In this document: positions 50,921 to 64,000 of the stretch, piece by piece
How the letters are laid out: every line of letters begins with the position of its first letter
Position numbering within the stretch: position 1 is the stretch's first letter
From: Octopus vulgaris
Lineage: Eukaryota
Assembly: GCA_951406725.2 (NCBI GenBank)
Contig: OX597815.1
Location: 11,222,001-11,286,000, forward strand
Length of the DNA stretch: 64,000 nt
Reading direction: 5' to 3'
Notes under the pieces: model-generated
Databases searched by the model: none
The model's input: the letters and a program-made list of their open reading frames with translations, nothing else
Told to the model about the DNA's origin: nothing
Program-made: the position numbers and the translations under genes

Positions 50921-50926
50921 CACACT

Positions 50927-51016
<90 letters not shown>

Positions 51017-51213
51017 TATACAAACATAGTAATAATATAAATGAAGTATAGGATTACAAATAAAAAAAGCTTTTGAAAAAAAAAGGATTAAGAATATAGT
51101 GAAGAGCCCACTTCCTCCACCAGGTGGACGTTGCCTGTACGTGTGTTTAGTATACATTACTACATCATCTCTTCGTGAGATTTTATAACTAGCTATATAT
51201 ATATATATATATA

Positions 51214-51412
51214 TGACCGCGTGTGTATCGTTGGCGATTTTTTCCACCGCCTTCCCTTCCTTGGATATTTCCTTTTTCTTTGTTACTGACGAAGAGCTCC
51301 GCTCAAAACGTTAAATCCTTCTTCTTTCTTTCCTTCCTGAGGGCCCAATAACACTACACTTGTTCCACGTCCTCGCGTTATTGTGTTTTCTCTTTGTGTT
51401 TTCATGTTTGGG

Positions 51413-51413
<1 letters not shown>
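51214..51413 (+). mobile_element. TA-flanked P4-related element with inactivated HHR (G12A)
   Basis: CTGACGA(51286-92)-A-GAGC-tcc-GCTC-AAAA-CGTT. The architecture matches 43333-43366, but GAAA is mutated. Confidence 0.6.
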
Positions 51414-51465
<52 letters not shown>

Positions 51466-52993
51466 GTACATATATATACAGTGGTAGAGAGAGGGAGAGA
51501 GATTAGAGTGATAGATAGATATATGCATACATACATGCACAAGCACATATATACATACACATATATATGTGTGTGTATATATACATACTTATATACATAC
51601 ACACACAAACACACATACACACGTATATACATTACATTTACGTGCACACACACATATGCATGTAAATGTGAATATAAAAATGTATTCTTATAAGCATACT
51701 CACACTTATAGTAACAGCAACTATTTATATCGCCTCTGTTAAAATTAAGATTCTGAAAAATATCAATACAGGTATGGAAATACTGAATTTCTACAGAGTT
51801 AGCATATGTTACTCTATGAATCCATGAATATATAAATATGTAAATAAGTAAATAAACAAATGAAAAATGCAGTGAACGGTTAAAAAATTTAAAAACCGTT
51901 GATAATGGCATTTTGAAGTAAATGTCAATTTTTTTTTACCCCATATAAAATAAAACTAAAATTTGTTTTATCATAAAAGCAATTTCCCTCCATCCAGAAG
52001 TTGAGGCTGTCACAACTTAGTACTTTTGAATTTAAATACAAACCGTAAAAAAAACATGTTTTAACAATGAAAACAGAAATATTTTCAATGATTCTTTATT
52101 TGTCGCGATGTGTGTACATATATACACATTCGCACAATCGTCCACAGACACAAACTCACACACACTCACACACACACACACACACATACACACACACACA
52201 TACACACACACACACACACACAGAGGCGATCGCACACACAGACTGTTATACACGATAAAGAGTGACTGACAAGAGAAGAGAACTTCTGCAAGAGCAGTTT
52301 CCCTCTTTCTAAACACCTTTAACCAGGTTAGTTTCTGTTTGGTCTGTTTTCCTTTTTCCTATCCTCGACGAATTTGCACCGTTTTTTTTTATCTATTTGC
52401 CTCATTCTCGATATCTTACCTTTGAAAAATTTTCTAAGAGTCTCAAAATGATCCTATACACTTTTACATTTTGCTTCTTTTCTGGTCCTAGTGGTACTGA
52501 GAATTTGAAGACTCCATTTACATCTAACCTTCACCAGAACTGTGGCCTCTCACGTTCTCGACCTCCGTTAGCAACAACAATAGATTTCCCCTCTTGAAAC
52601 AGCTGTTGGCACCGCCTCTGTTACTGCCACCTGTCTTTTTGACTTTTACATTTTGCTTCTTTTTGTTCGAGTAGAAAACAATCACGTGGTATTTGCTATC
52701 ACGTATCGCAAATGTGCTTCACCCGACCAATATCACCAGTTTTGGTTGCTTGCCTATTCGCTTCCCCATCTATTTATAGTTCCTTCAAAATTTACGTACT
52801 TGGGGTCATGGGGAACTGGTTGGTTTTGGAAACCTCAGCTAATCACATGATGCTGTAGGTCCCCTTCAAGTTTCCGCCCCGCCCGTATTGTGTCACAGAT
52901 GTATCTATAAAATATACAGATCAGCATAATTGCCTCCCTCTCTCTCAGGTTATATACATATATATATATATATACAATTTCTGAAATCACAAA

Positions 52994-53044
<51 letters not shown>

Positions 53045-53384
53045 CTAGGGACAATATCTTTTTTACTTTGTGATTTCAAAAATTCGGTGAGCTGTTTACT
53101 GATATTGACACTGTGGTCTACATCTCGGATCTGTACTACAGAACTGTCGATTATGGATCAAGAGTAAATATTAAAAATTGCTACGTACAAAATGTCATAC
53201 ATAGTTAAAAGCAATTTTTAAACAATCTTTTTTTTCCCCACTCTAGATAACTGCGTGCGTTGCGTAAATATTCCGAAACACTTTGTTAACAAAATATTTT
53301 TTCATGAAGGAAAGCTTCGAGAAAATGTTTTCTAAGAAAACATTTTCTGCGAAACATCTTCGTTAACAGCAAACAAGAGCACCA

Positions 53385-53386
53385 GT

Positions 53387-53424
<38 letters not shown>

Positions 53425-53561
53425 CGACAACGACAACGACAACGACGACGACGACGACGACAACAACAACAACAATAAAAATAACAATAAAGGTAGCAAT
53501 AATAATAGTAACAGTAGTAATAATAAAAATAGTAATAGTAGTAGTAGTAATAATAATAATA

Positions 53562-53640
<79 letters not shown>

Positions 53641-53645
53641 TAATA
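53385..53645. repeat. Compound trinucleotide microsatellite (CAA)n(CGA)n(TAA)n
   Basis: Read directly from the sequence. Confidence 0.95.
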
Positions 53646-54592
53646 GCAAAATATATCGATAATATAACGATAGCAATAAAAACACTAATATTACAATGAA
53701 TGGTAGGATATTACAATGAATAGATACAAGAGTAAAGTCCAACCACTATCGATTCACATGAAAAATCTCAGCTAAGAGAGATAACAAAGCATTTAAAATA
53801 AAAATCATCAATACCAGTAAATAGAGAGCGAAAATAAATGTAAAAAAACTTGTGTGTTGGCACGGTTTAAAGGATTGTTACTGCGAGCGAAAGAAGATAT
53901 TGTCCCTAGATTCCAAGAAATATTGGTTAGTTTTTGTAGCTTTAGTGTGTGATATATATTTCCGGAAAAGAGGGCTCAGATTGGATGGAAACGATGTAGA
54001 ATAGTATAAAAAAAAACATAAAAAAAAAACAAAACAAAACAAACAAAACAATGAGTAAAAACTAAAATGAACGAAAATTATACACTCTTTAAGAACAATG
54101 TCTATATATATATATATATATATGTATCCACATACACACACACACGCGCACACACATATATACATGTATGGTTTGGCACTCTATCAGTTATGGCGATGAA
54201 AGATCCAGCTGGCTCGTGAAATAAACAGATACGCGTGCCCTTCACGTAGTTCTCAGGTAGATTAAGCTTGATTCAGAATGCGACAAAGCTGTTCCTCCTA
54301 ATTACAGGTACAATTCATTTTTGCCAGCTAAGTGGAGTAGAGCAACGTGAAATAAAATGCTTTGCTTGAGAACACAGAGTGCCACCGGAGATCGAACTCA
54401 CGACCTTATATACACCCATGTATATTAAAGAACCCCTACGGTTATGAATGACCGTGGAATTGCACCAAGAAACTTTCCTTCCGAGGCACGAGTCCTGGAA
54501 AAGTTGTTTATTAAAGACCAGCAGTCGTCCATGCGTATCAAACTCCCCTCTCCACGCCACTAATTTCATCCAAGGGAAAGGCAAAACATTTT

Positions 54593-55270
54593 TCATGTTT
54601 TCCTGTGCATTTTGATTAGTTCATTCAGTGTCCAGTTAAAGATATTGTAGCTGTAACATAACTGGGACAGCTAGAGTGTTGATACCTATTATCTTGCTTT
54701 TTGCATCGAGATCCATTTTCAGTAATAATCTAAGTAGTCTACAATATTCTTTTTTATTTTCTCTTTCATTTGTGTGTTGTACCATCTTGTTCATTGATTC
54801 TTAAACATGTGTATATTTGGCTTTGGTCTAATTCTCTTATTTCCTTTGCTTTATCTAGTGTGATGTTGCTACTCTTAACTAGTTTTCCTCTTTTCACGGT
54901 TGCTTTGGCACGTCATTATAATCCAAATTTCATATTTATTTCTTTGGTAAATGCATGTCCTATCTGTAATAATGTATCCAGCTGTTACTTGTAGCTTACA
55001 GTTTTCGTTTATCCGCACCCAGTTCCGTTTAGATAAAGGTGTCAGTGCCAAGCAGAAAAGGAGTGAAGAATGTGTGTCTCCCTGGAAGATTCCTCTTCTA
55101 ATGGGGATGGCTTTGGTTTTTATGTGTCCCTTTTTTGTTTCGAGCTGTAGCACTGTCTGCGATTTATTTATTGAGTGTTGTATATATTTTATCATTATTG
55201 GTGCTACCTTGTTCATGGCTAGTGTTTCTAGGATCCATGTGAGAGGAATACTATCAAAAGCCTTTCCGTA
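54593..55270 (-). mobile_element. R4/Dong-like non-LTR RT fragment
   Basis: GKAFDSIPLTWILETL...IRRGIFQGDTHSSLLFCLALTPLS and KIIGINTLAVPV. The 5' edge abuts (TAT)n. Confidence 0.8.
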
Positions 55271-55306
55271 ATATTATTATTATTATTATTGTTGTTGTTG
55301 TTGTTG

Positions 55307-55337
<31 letters not shown>

Positions 55338-56147
55338 TGTTATGTTAATATCTCAGTCACTTTGGTCAACACATTGATGGAATAATGCATTTGTATATTA
55401 AACACTGTACTTTTGAAACCCACCCATATCTTCTTAATCTCATTAGAATATTGCTAACCTAAAACCATGAAGTATTATTCTTGATAAAAACAACTAAAAA
55501 CTCGAAACTTTAGAAAAAAAAGCATGATCACTCATAAACACGCATATACGCACATAGTTCAAACATACGCGCATTCATAAATGCATTCACACACACTTAT
55601 ACGTATATACCCATACATATATACTTAGATAAATCAAACGTATATATACATACATTTGAAGGATATTACCTGATCACGTTTCCCTAATTGTACCAAAAAA
55701 AAGTTGTTAGACATTACGTATAATTGGAAGAAAGATAATTATTTAATAATTGGATAATGAGAAAACAAACGCCTAAGATAACAAATAAATCCAACAGAAA
55801 AAAAGACAGCACAGAAAAAAAAACAAACATCAGACAAAACGTCGGAACGTTAAAAGAAATGTAAAACAAATATTTTAAAGCAGAAACTGTTGTACTCAAT
55901 GTTTTATTGATACCGGTAATTATCCTGCTTAATTATTTTCTTAGCTAATGATATTGTACTATTAGGATTCTTTTCTTTTTGAAGAACTACAAAGTACATA
56001 TATTTAAAGTTGAATGCAAATAGGAAACTGAGGCGCTCATTCTTTTCTCAGCATATTACCGTGGCGGTAGTAGTTGGTTCTCTTCTGGAATTTATGTTTT
56101 TGCTGTTGTGGTAAGTGTTATGTAGATCCAGAACAAATTCGACTTAA

Positions 56148-56520
56148 ATTCAATTCAATTTTTATTGTCTCAAAAAGCAAAAGCAAGGCCATGTATGGGG
56201 ACAGGGAGTTATGTACAGGGAGGGTTGTCATACAAAGCGTTCAGGCCATTTCTGGTCAAGAGAGACTTTGAACCGAGCGGACGTCGGCATCTTCACTATC
56301 TCGTCCGGCAGCTTATTCCACGGATCCGCAACCCGGACGGAGAAAGCCCCTCTCCTTCAATTGAGATGAAATCGTTGTAGATAGAGCTTATCGGAGTGAC
56401 CCCACAGCCCACGCTCTGGAGCAGGAGGGAAGAACATCTCTCTCGAGAGGTTACACTTTCCGCTTTTGATGTTATGAGCAAGAATGAGATCACCACGGCG
56501 TCATCGTTTTTCGAGAGAAT
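56148..56520 (-). mobile_element. CR1-clade LINE 3' fragment
   Basis: RGAFSVRVADPWNKLPDEIVKMPTSARFKVSLDQKW and a (TTGAA)n tail. Confidence 0.8.
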
Positions 56521-57429
56521 AAAGGTTGAGCGTCTTCAGCCTTTCGTCATAAAACAAATCTATGATCAAATAAGTCCTACACATCCATTTATCTTCCGGG
56601 TATGATATAACGGGGTTATATTTTCCAAAATGCTTCATTGTAAATGAAGGCATTGCGTATAATTTACAGTGTTCGGTTTCTATTTCTTCATCGTCAGTTT
56701 ATAGTGAACCGGCGGTTCACTGACTTCATTGTCAGTTTATAGTGAACTCCAGGCCAATTTCGGTATTATTAAACCTCCACACTGAACTATTGACTATTGC
56801 AGCCGAATTGTGATGGTGGGGGCCTCCAGAAGTAGGCATATAAACTGTTTGTAGATTGGTGGAAAAAATCTGCATTAGAATATTAGACGATATGAAATAA
56901 TCAAACCATTTAAAACATTTAGAATTTAAAAATTGGTGTGGATGTTCGACAGAAAACTTAGGCATAGTTTGTTACTGCACAACTACATTGAAGTTACCAA
57001 CTTCAACCATAATTTAGACAAAAGACTGAAGCTGAAAGTCTGGAAACACCATTTCTTTGTTTTGCAGGAAGAGATTATTTTAGTATGAGAATATTTCTTC
57101 AGCAAAAGAAAACATTGAGAAAGCGTAAGGGATTTGCAGAGAAATCGTATTCATGCATTAATGTGTTAAAGCGAACCACCGGAGAAACTGGGAACATGTA
57201 CGCGGCAATATGAGCAAATAGGACGAGCAGGCGTATCTCACTCAACCCACATGCTACTAAGAAAGCTATAGGTTTACTTGATGAAATGGACTGACGGACA
57301 CACACACAGGCACGCACACACTCACACGGCGCGCGCGCACACACATACAAAAGCACAATTATCTTAATTTCTGTTTACTATCTCAAAGGCATTTATTGCA
57401 ATAACTATGTTTGTATGTCCATGAATTTT

Positions 57430-57695
57430 TCACCACCTATGACAACAGGTATTGTTCTAGCTTTCAGGTTCCACATCTTGCTAATTTCTATTTCAAGATC
57501 TTTATACTTGCTCTGTTTTTGGTAGGTCATGACAGATATGTTTATATCGATTGGGACAGTCATATCAATAAGGAGGCATAATTGTCTGAAGTCTGGCCTA
57601 TTTGCATCTATCTTTCTGTCAGTTTGAATGGTGAAGTTCCAGAGGAGTGAGATGTGATCATTTTCAAGCACTGGGGGTGGTTTGTGTTCCTACCA
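57430..57695 (-). mobile_element. R4/Dong-like restriction-like endonuclease fragment
   Basis: LLWNFTIQTDRKIDANRPD...LIDMTVP...KYKDLEIEISKMWNLK...IPVVIG. Abuts (TTA)n. Confidence 0.82.
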
Positions 57696-57696
57696 G

Positions 57697-57735
<39 letters not shown>

Positions 57736-58315
57736 ATTATCACCATTATTATCATTATTATTATCACCAATGATATTAAAACGCTTAGGTTTCTTTGATT
57801 TTGTACGTACCTGTGGTGTGTGTCACACTTCAAGCGAAGAGGTAAAAAAGTTTTAGGGAGAGGTAGAAAGAGAAAGAGAGAGAAGTACAAAGCAAGAGAG
57901 AGGACGGACAGAAAGGGAGTGAGAGAGAAAGAATGACTGAGAGAGAGAGAGAGAGAGAGTGAGTGGTGACTGAACTGTTTATCAGTATTTTTAGAGTAGT
58001 CTGAAAATCGAGAGAAAAGTAGATATATAGATCGAAAGAAAAGTAGATACATAGACACATTGGTAAATCAAAGACAAATAACTACAGCAAATACTGGATG
58101 TCACTTTCACTTTTCATTACCACACCAGGATAAAATTAACGCGCAAGCGGCTGAGTACTCTCTCTCTTATATATATACACTCTCTCTCCCTCTGTCTTTC
58201 AGAAAATACCAGTGGATATTACTGTTACTTTTCTACACTTGAAGAGACAGGTAGAAATAAAAATAGAAATAAAAGGTGTTAAGCAGAGGAGATATACTCG
58301 AAGTGAGCAGTAAGT

Positions 58316-58355
<40 letters not shown>

Positions 58356-58654
58356 GGGACAGAGTGGGTGTGAAACAGAGAGTGAGTGGTGACTGAAAGG
58401 AAGGTGGTGTTTGTTTTGTATTTATAAATCTTTATCAGTATTTTCAGAGTAGATACATAAGCACAGCAAATATTGGATGTTACTTTTATTTTCCTACAAT
58501 ATAATTAATTACCGTATCCTATATATAAGGTCCTCAGCCAATGATGTATATTTCTGTAAGTGTCCCTATATAGAAACATTTCTTATGGCCCCAGCACCCA
58601 ATTTACAGATGCTTGCATTTTTATGTTTTCCGTGAATTTTCAGGGGTCCAGTAA

Positions 58655-59030
58655 GTTATTATTATTATTTTTTCCTTCTTTCTCCAAATTTTCTTCCGTT
58701 TCTCGTCGAGTGTTTTCCGTACAACTAGGACAAAGAACCTCATTGTATGCATTCCCAGATTACACACGCAAATTCACTGGTAAAATATGTATTTAAAAAT
58801 AAATAAATAAATAAATTCATGAATGGATGTTGTTTTCACAGCGATAATGCTCTTCTCAGTACATGAGCCGTTCCAGTTAATATGTTTTTTGCACTTCCTG
58901 TAGGGATGGTAAGCCTGGTATCATTTTTTAATAGGTTTCAGTACCTTTTATTTTTATCATTCCTAGAGATCCTACAATCACTGGTACTGTCACTACAATC
59001 ACTGGTACTTGAGATGCCATATTTTTTCAA

Positions 59031-59033
<3 letters not shown>
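58655..59033 (-). mobile_element. R4/Dong-like ORF C-terminus and 3' UTR
   Basis: IEKIWHLK..VTVPVIVGSLGMI...LQEVQKNILTGTAHVLRRAL*. Flanked by TAA repeats on both sides. Confidence 0.72.
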
Positions 59034-59100
<67 letters not shown>

Positions 59101-59931
59101 CATTATTATTATTAATGACATTGAGGTGTGAAATAAAATGAGTGTGTTAATGGTAAAAATTACACTCCTAATATAATAACATCTGTTTGAAGGTACAATC
59201 TCATATCTTCGAAGTTAATAAAAAGCGATATTTACGTGTGTATGTATGTGTCTATATATACATATATATACTTGTGTGTGTGAGTGTGTGTGTGTATGTG
59301 TGTGTCTGTGTATGTCTATTATATATATACTGTTTTCATGAAATATTCACTTTAGGTGGTAGTAAAGAGAATTCCCTTTATATTGAAATGTTCATGGTTT
59401 AATACAAGATTTATTGATATTTTCTTTGTTTTATGTTACTTTCATGGAAAATTTAAATCAATGATATAGCATTTCTCAATCGATTTCAAGGATTTACCAG
59501 ATACAGTTCAGGTTAACGACAGAAAAGTGGTGGGTCATATACGATTTAACAGTCCGTTAGTGCTGATAAATACGTAAGCGCTATATCAGAGGAATGTGAC
59601 CAGACCTTTGTGCTTCTTCATAATTGATGTCTTTGAAAATATATGCTTTCCATAGAAATATACTGACGTTTAAATGAAAGAGAGAATTCTAAAAGCGTTC
59701 CCATCTGGAGGTGAGAAGCCATGGCTTCTGCCATATTACGGTTGGGCGTTTAAATTGGTTATAGATTCGGGCATAAAGATCAGACGTAGTGTTACCCAAA
59801 CGGTGAAATTCAGCAGTGAAAATTAATGTAGCATCCATGAAGTACGCTGTGTGCTTGAAAATTGCATTGAAAGCTATGTGTTTATATTTTCCATTGAATG
59901 CTATGTCCCTTGGTTTCGTATGTTAGTGAAT

Positions 59932-60164
59932 ATTCTTTTTTACTACCAACAAGGGGCTAAACACAGAGAGGACAAACAAGGACAGACAAAGGGATTAAGT
60001 CGTTTACATCGACCCCAGTGCGTAACTGGTACTTAATTTATCGACTCCAAAAGGATGAAAGACAAAGTCGACCTCGGCGGAATTTGAACTCAGAGCGTAG
60101 CGGCAGACGAAATGCGGCTACGCATTTCGCCCGGCGTGTTAACGTTTCTGCCAGCTCGCCGCCT
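59932..60164 (-). mobile_element. Family B SINE, full length
   Basis: Consensus match. TSD GTTAGTGAATAT on both sides. Confidence 0.88.
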
Positions 60165-62156
60165 TAAAGTTAGTGAATATGAGAGATGTTTTGGCGTATG
60201 GGAAAATAATAATACTGATGGATGGTGATGGTGATTGATCTGCCCTAATGTTTTTTCACGTAAGAAAACCGGGTATATTAAAATCCCTCATATGTGTCAT
60301 TTTTCTAGGGATTACACCGAAATAGCCGGTTTGAGGCCGAGATGCTGAGGTTGGCAAAATCATACGAGAAACTCTTATTTTGCTGTAACCACTATTGGCA
60401 GCATTATCTCTTTCAGATCATACGGAAAACCATCTTCTATCTGTTTCTGTGTCTACGCTTTGTACAATGTAAGGTAGTAGTTCCTTATTTTTTTCTTCAA
60501 AACTAGCACAAAGCTGAATGCGCGTGCAATTTGCTGTTGTTTTGGGTAGAACTGAATGTTTAGTTGTTTTTATTGTCCTTGTTTTCCTTCTAGTTGGTGT
60601 TGGACTTGAGTTTCCTGACTTTTGTATGTTCGTTGTTGCTTCATTTGTGTGATTCTATTTGTTACTGTTAGTGGAGACGATAGGAGTGGAGGTGTATTTG
60701 TCGTTGTAAATTTAGTATCGTTTAAGGTTGATGTGATGTTTGTTGTGTTTTGTTCTTTTTCCTTTTGATATTTTAAAATTTTCTTTTGCTCTTCTTGGTG
60801 AGACTTTTCGTAACCAGAGTTATGATCAGTAGGCTCCGAGTCGGACAGGTGTATGAGTATGCTTCCTTGAGTGCATATGTCTGTGTTGGTACCTGTAAAG
60901 CGTGAAGGAATTTGGATTGAAAGAGGGGAAAAAAAGCTGCTCGTTTGTTTTTAATTTTCTTAAATCGTACAGTATCTTCTAATTTCACCGCTTATCTTCT
61001 AGCGAGAGGCCCCAAATTTCTTCTTCGGGAGAATACGCCCGCATAGGAAGCTTTCCAATTGTAGCTGATGATGGTATTACTGGCTTGTGTTCTGCCGTGG
61101 TTATGTCTTCGTCACTACTATCGCTATTGTTGTGACTGAATACCTCGACGACAGACTTTCTGGTTTACAAGAACCTTCAAGTAGGTCCAGTGGAACTTCA
61201 CAGATGGAAGATCATTTCTACCAACAAGAACATGGGCACCGTCTCGGGTCAATACGTGCACGCTGAGCGTAGTTCTATTCATTCTAGCAATTTTCGCGAC
61301 ACTCAACTGCTTTTTAAAAAATTCATAGGAGGAAATCCCTACCCTCTATTTTTTTTCCATTGATAGGAAAAAGTGCCACAGCTTTCAGCACAAAGTCTCT
61401 GACCCTACAGTCATCAAATAGATGCAAATTGCCTACTCAGCACTATAAAAGGATGGTGGTGAGAGTCGATCTTTATAACGGACTCGGTCGACAGCCGGAT
61501 CCGCCCTAAACTCGATAATACCTGTCAACATAACTCCTTGGTAGCAGAACTCCGATACTGCACGATTGTGTACAATACGGTCTCACCGCTCTGACTATTT
61601 CTTGAAAAGTCCTTGATGGTACTTCTCTGCCTATATTTTTCATCTCGAACTGTTCGTGCGACTCAGCGAGTAACGGATTTCTTGAAGTTATTCATACTTA
61701 TCTCCGACTCAAAAGTCATTCCCGAACACGAACAGATAAGCTAGTTCGTTGTCGTCGATACCTCGAGTTTCCCCAAAGACACCATAACACTTATTCTGTA
61801 GTATTATGGCACCACTGTAGTGGAACTTACCCTGGCCGCATCACTCGACTGATAGAGGAAGGTGAACGCTTGATAACGTATAAAATGCCTAATTCCTTTT
61901 TTTACTGCAACCAGTCTCTTCCAAATATATAATAAAAAACAACATATAACGGATTACATAATGTATGGGGATAGACCGAAAAGTTATATGATTACGAGGT
62001 GGGAAATGAAGATACAGTATATGTGAGCCATGTTAAAAGAGTTGTTAGAGCACATTTTGTAATTTAGCTTTTCATCCTTAAACCTTTCTCACCATAATAC
62101 AAAACACTTTCGGGCAACGTATTTGTTACGTTCAAGATTTATTTCTTTATTTCTGA

Positions 62157-62559
62157 CTAGCAGTATCGCCCGGCGTTGCTCGGGTTTGTAAGGGAAATAA
62201 CAATATAATCATTTTTAGAGATGTAAAGTATAATAGCCATCTCAATATGGCTAACCACAAAGGGGGGGGGGGTGTTACAGTAGCTTTTTACGTTCTGAGA
62301 TTTAATAATAAATTTTTAGAGAGTTACTTCCCTTATATATGCCAAAAATGAATTAAAAATGGGAAAAATTGATGGTAATTTTTTTTTTAAATCGTAGACT
62401 CATTGTAGACGCGCGCTAATACCCAGAAGGGCTCGATATGAATCACGACAATAAGATACCCGGTTAAACTGGTTAAACTGAACCGCAAAATGTGGGAGTG
62501 GTTAGGAATCTAAATCGTAGGAGACAGACAGCACACAACCTCACTTTTATATATGAAGA
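62157..62559 (-). mobile_element. Non-autonomous Helitron
   Basis: Minus strand runs 5'-TC...hairpin (GCCCGGCGTTGCTCGGGT on plus)...CTAG-3'. Inserted between A and T with no TSD. Confidence 0.75.
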
Positions 62560-62792
62560 TTACTCAAGTACTTGAATCTCAATATTTGTAATCTTTGCAT
62601 CAGTGTATTGTTGTAGATTTACCAGCGGTACTTATCATGTGATGGGGAAAGTTATTCTACAAGGAGAGAAAATATATGAATTTATTATATTAAAGTTGAA
62701 AACAAAGTCAACAGTGATGGTTTAATGATATTAAAGTATTTTATCTCTTCTCTGATATTACAACTACAACAACATATAAAGTTAAGTATGGC

Positions 62793-62858
<66 letters not shown>

Positions 62859-62890
62859 ATATATATATGTATTTATATATATACATATAC

Positions 62891-62926
<36 letters not shown>

Positions 62927-63484
62927 GTGTATATTTATATATTGATTCGTGTTTCAATATTGAGGTGTAATATGATGTTAGAGTAGTTTGAAATAGATAA
63001 TTGCGTGATATTTTATAGAAAACTGCAAAGAAATTAAACGATTTAATATTGAGTCTAATTGAAACAATTCAATGATTACTAAAACGAGAAAACTGCTTCT
63101 CTAAGTTTCAAAATGTATTATGAAGAGTTCCACACATCAAGAAATTGTATGAGGTAGGAATGAATATGCAAGTGTGTATAATACACTTATTTCTATCGAG
63201 AAGAATAAATACGAAGGATTGAATTTTCGAGGTATAGAACACTAGATGTAAAATAATATACTTATGTGTGTATGTATTTGTATTTGTGTAAGTATGTATG
63301 TTTGTGTGTATCAATGCGCAAGAGTATGGACCTGTATGTATGTATGTATGTATGGGTGTGTGTGTGTGTGTGCGCGTGCACGTATGTGTGTGAATGAGTG
63401 TGTGTGTGCTTGTGTGTATGTGTGTTTATATATATATGCATAGATTTCAGATTTCGACATCCGGCGGTGGTCTAGTTTCTATAG

Positions 63485-63700
63485 GGGCAGACGTGGCTGT
63501 GCTACAGGAGGTCTGCTTGAAAACAACATGGTTCCGAGTTCAGTTCCACTGCGTGGCACTTTTGGAAAGTGCCTTCTACTATAGCCTCGGGTGGAGGCCA
63601 TAGCCGTCTCTCAGTTTCCGTCTGCCAACCAAATCAACTATGCATATATCTTTTATCTTTTACTTGTTTCAGTCATTAAATTGCGGCCATGCTGGGGCAA
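63485..63700. mobile_element. Rearranged family A SINE fragments
   Basis: Head on the plus strand (63485-63595), followed by body and tail pieces in the opposite orientation. Confidence 0.6.
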
Positions 63701-63729
63701 TATATATATATATATATATGTCTGTATGC

Positions 63730-63772
<43 letters not shown>

Positions 63773-63849
63773 TTGAGTTGTGGGGTATCGCACGAGTGGG
63801 ATTATATAAGAAAAAAGGTTTGAAAATGCAATTTAAACGATGTTTATTT

Positions 63850-63890
63850 ACTTAACCGGTTTCACTCTTTGGTAAAAGATTGTCAAAAGT
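63850..63890 (-). ncRNA. Minimal type I hammerhead-like motif with U3-A8 core (UUGACAA)
   Basis: ACUU-UUGACAA-UCUUU(uacc)AAAGA-gu-GAAA-CCGG-UU-AAGU. Palindromic ACCGGU stem III. The element ends in (TA)n at ~63766. Confidence 0.62.
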
Positions 63891-64000
63891 TACATTTAAG
63901 GAAACATTGAATAATATGGGTTCAAAAAAGTTTTTTACATAATTGTCACATTGAATATTATGCATTCAAAAAAGTTTTTTACATAATTGTCACATTGGAT

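Overview
AT-rich, microsatellite-dense eukaryotic DNA with no recognisable intact host gene. The SINE families, (TA)n load and transposon mix point to a cephalopod genome, probably Octopus; this is an inference. Most ORFs in the supplied track are translations of simple repeats. The window holds three abundant tRNA-derived SINE families, two near-full-length decayed Tc1 transposons plus Tc1 derivatives, Chapaev3-like DNA transposon relics, a hAT MITE, non-autonomous Helitrons, and fragments of CR1, R4/Dong, RTE and CRE LINEs. The main result is a set of short non-coding elements, mostly inserted in (TA)n tracts and often built as long inverted repeats or pseudo-LTR direct repeats. These carry hammerhead ribozyme (HHR) motifs, the signature of Penelope-like elements (PLEs). 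About 16 HHR motifs or remnants were read by eye. They include canonical minimal type I HHRs with a palindromic stem III, core variants with G3-C8, U3-A8 and A6U, and a family whose three HHR strands occur in a non-circularly permuted (pseudoknotted) order, with fully covarying stems in two copies (14573-14635 minus, 29694-29755 plus). All ribozyme calls come from manual base-pairing and are untested. Repeat boundaries are approximate.
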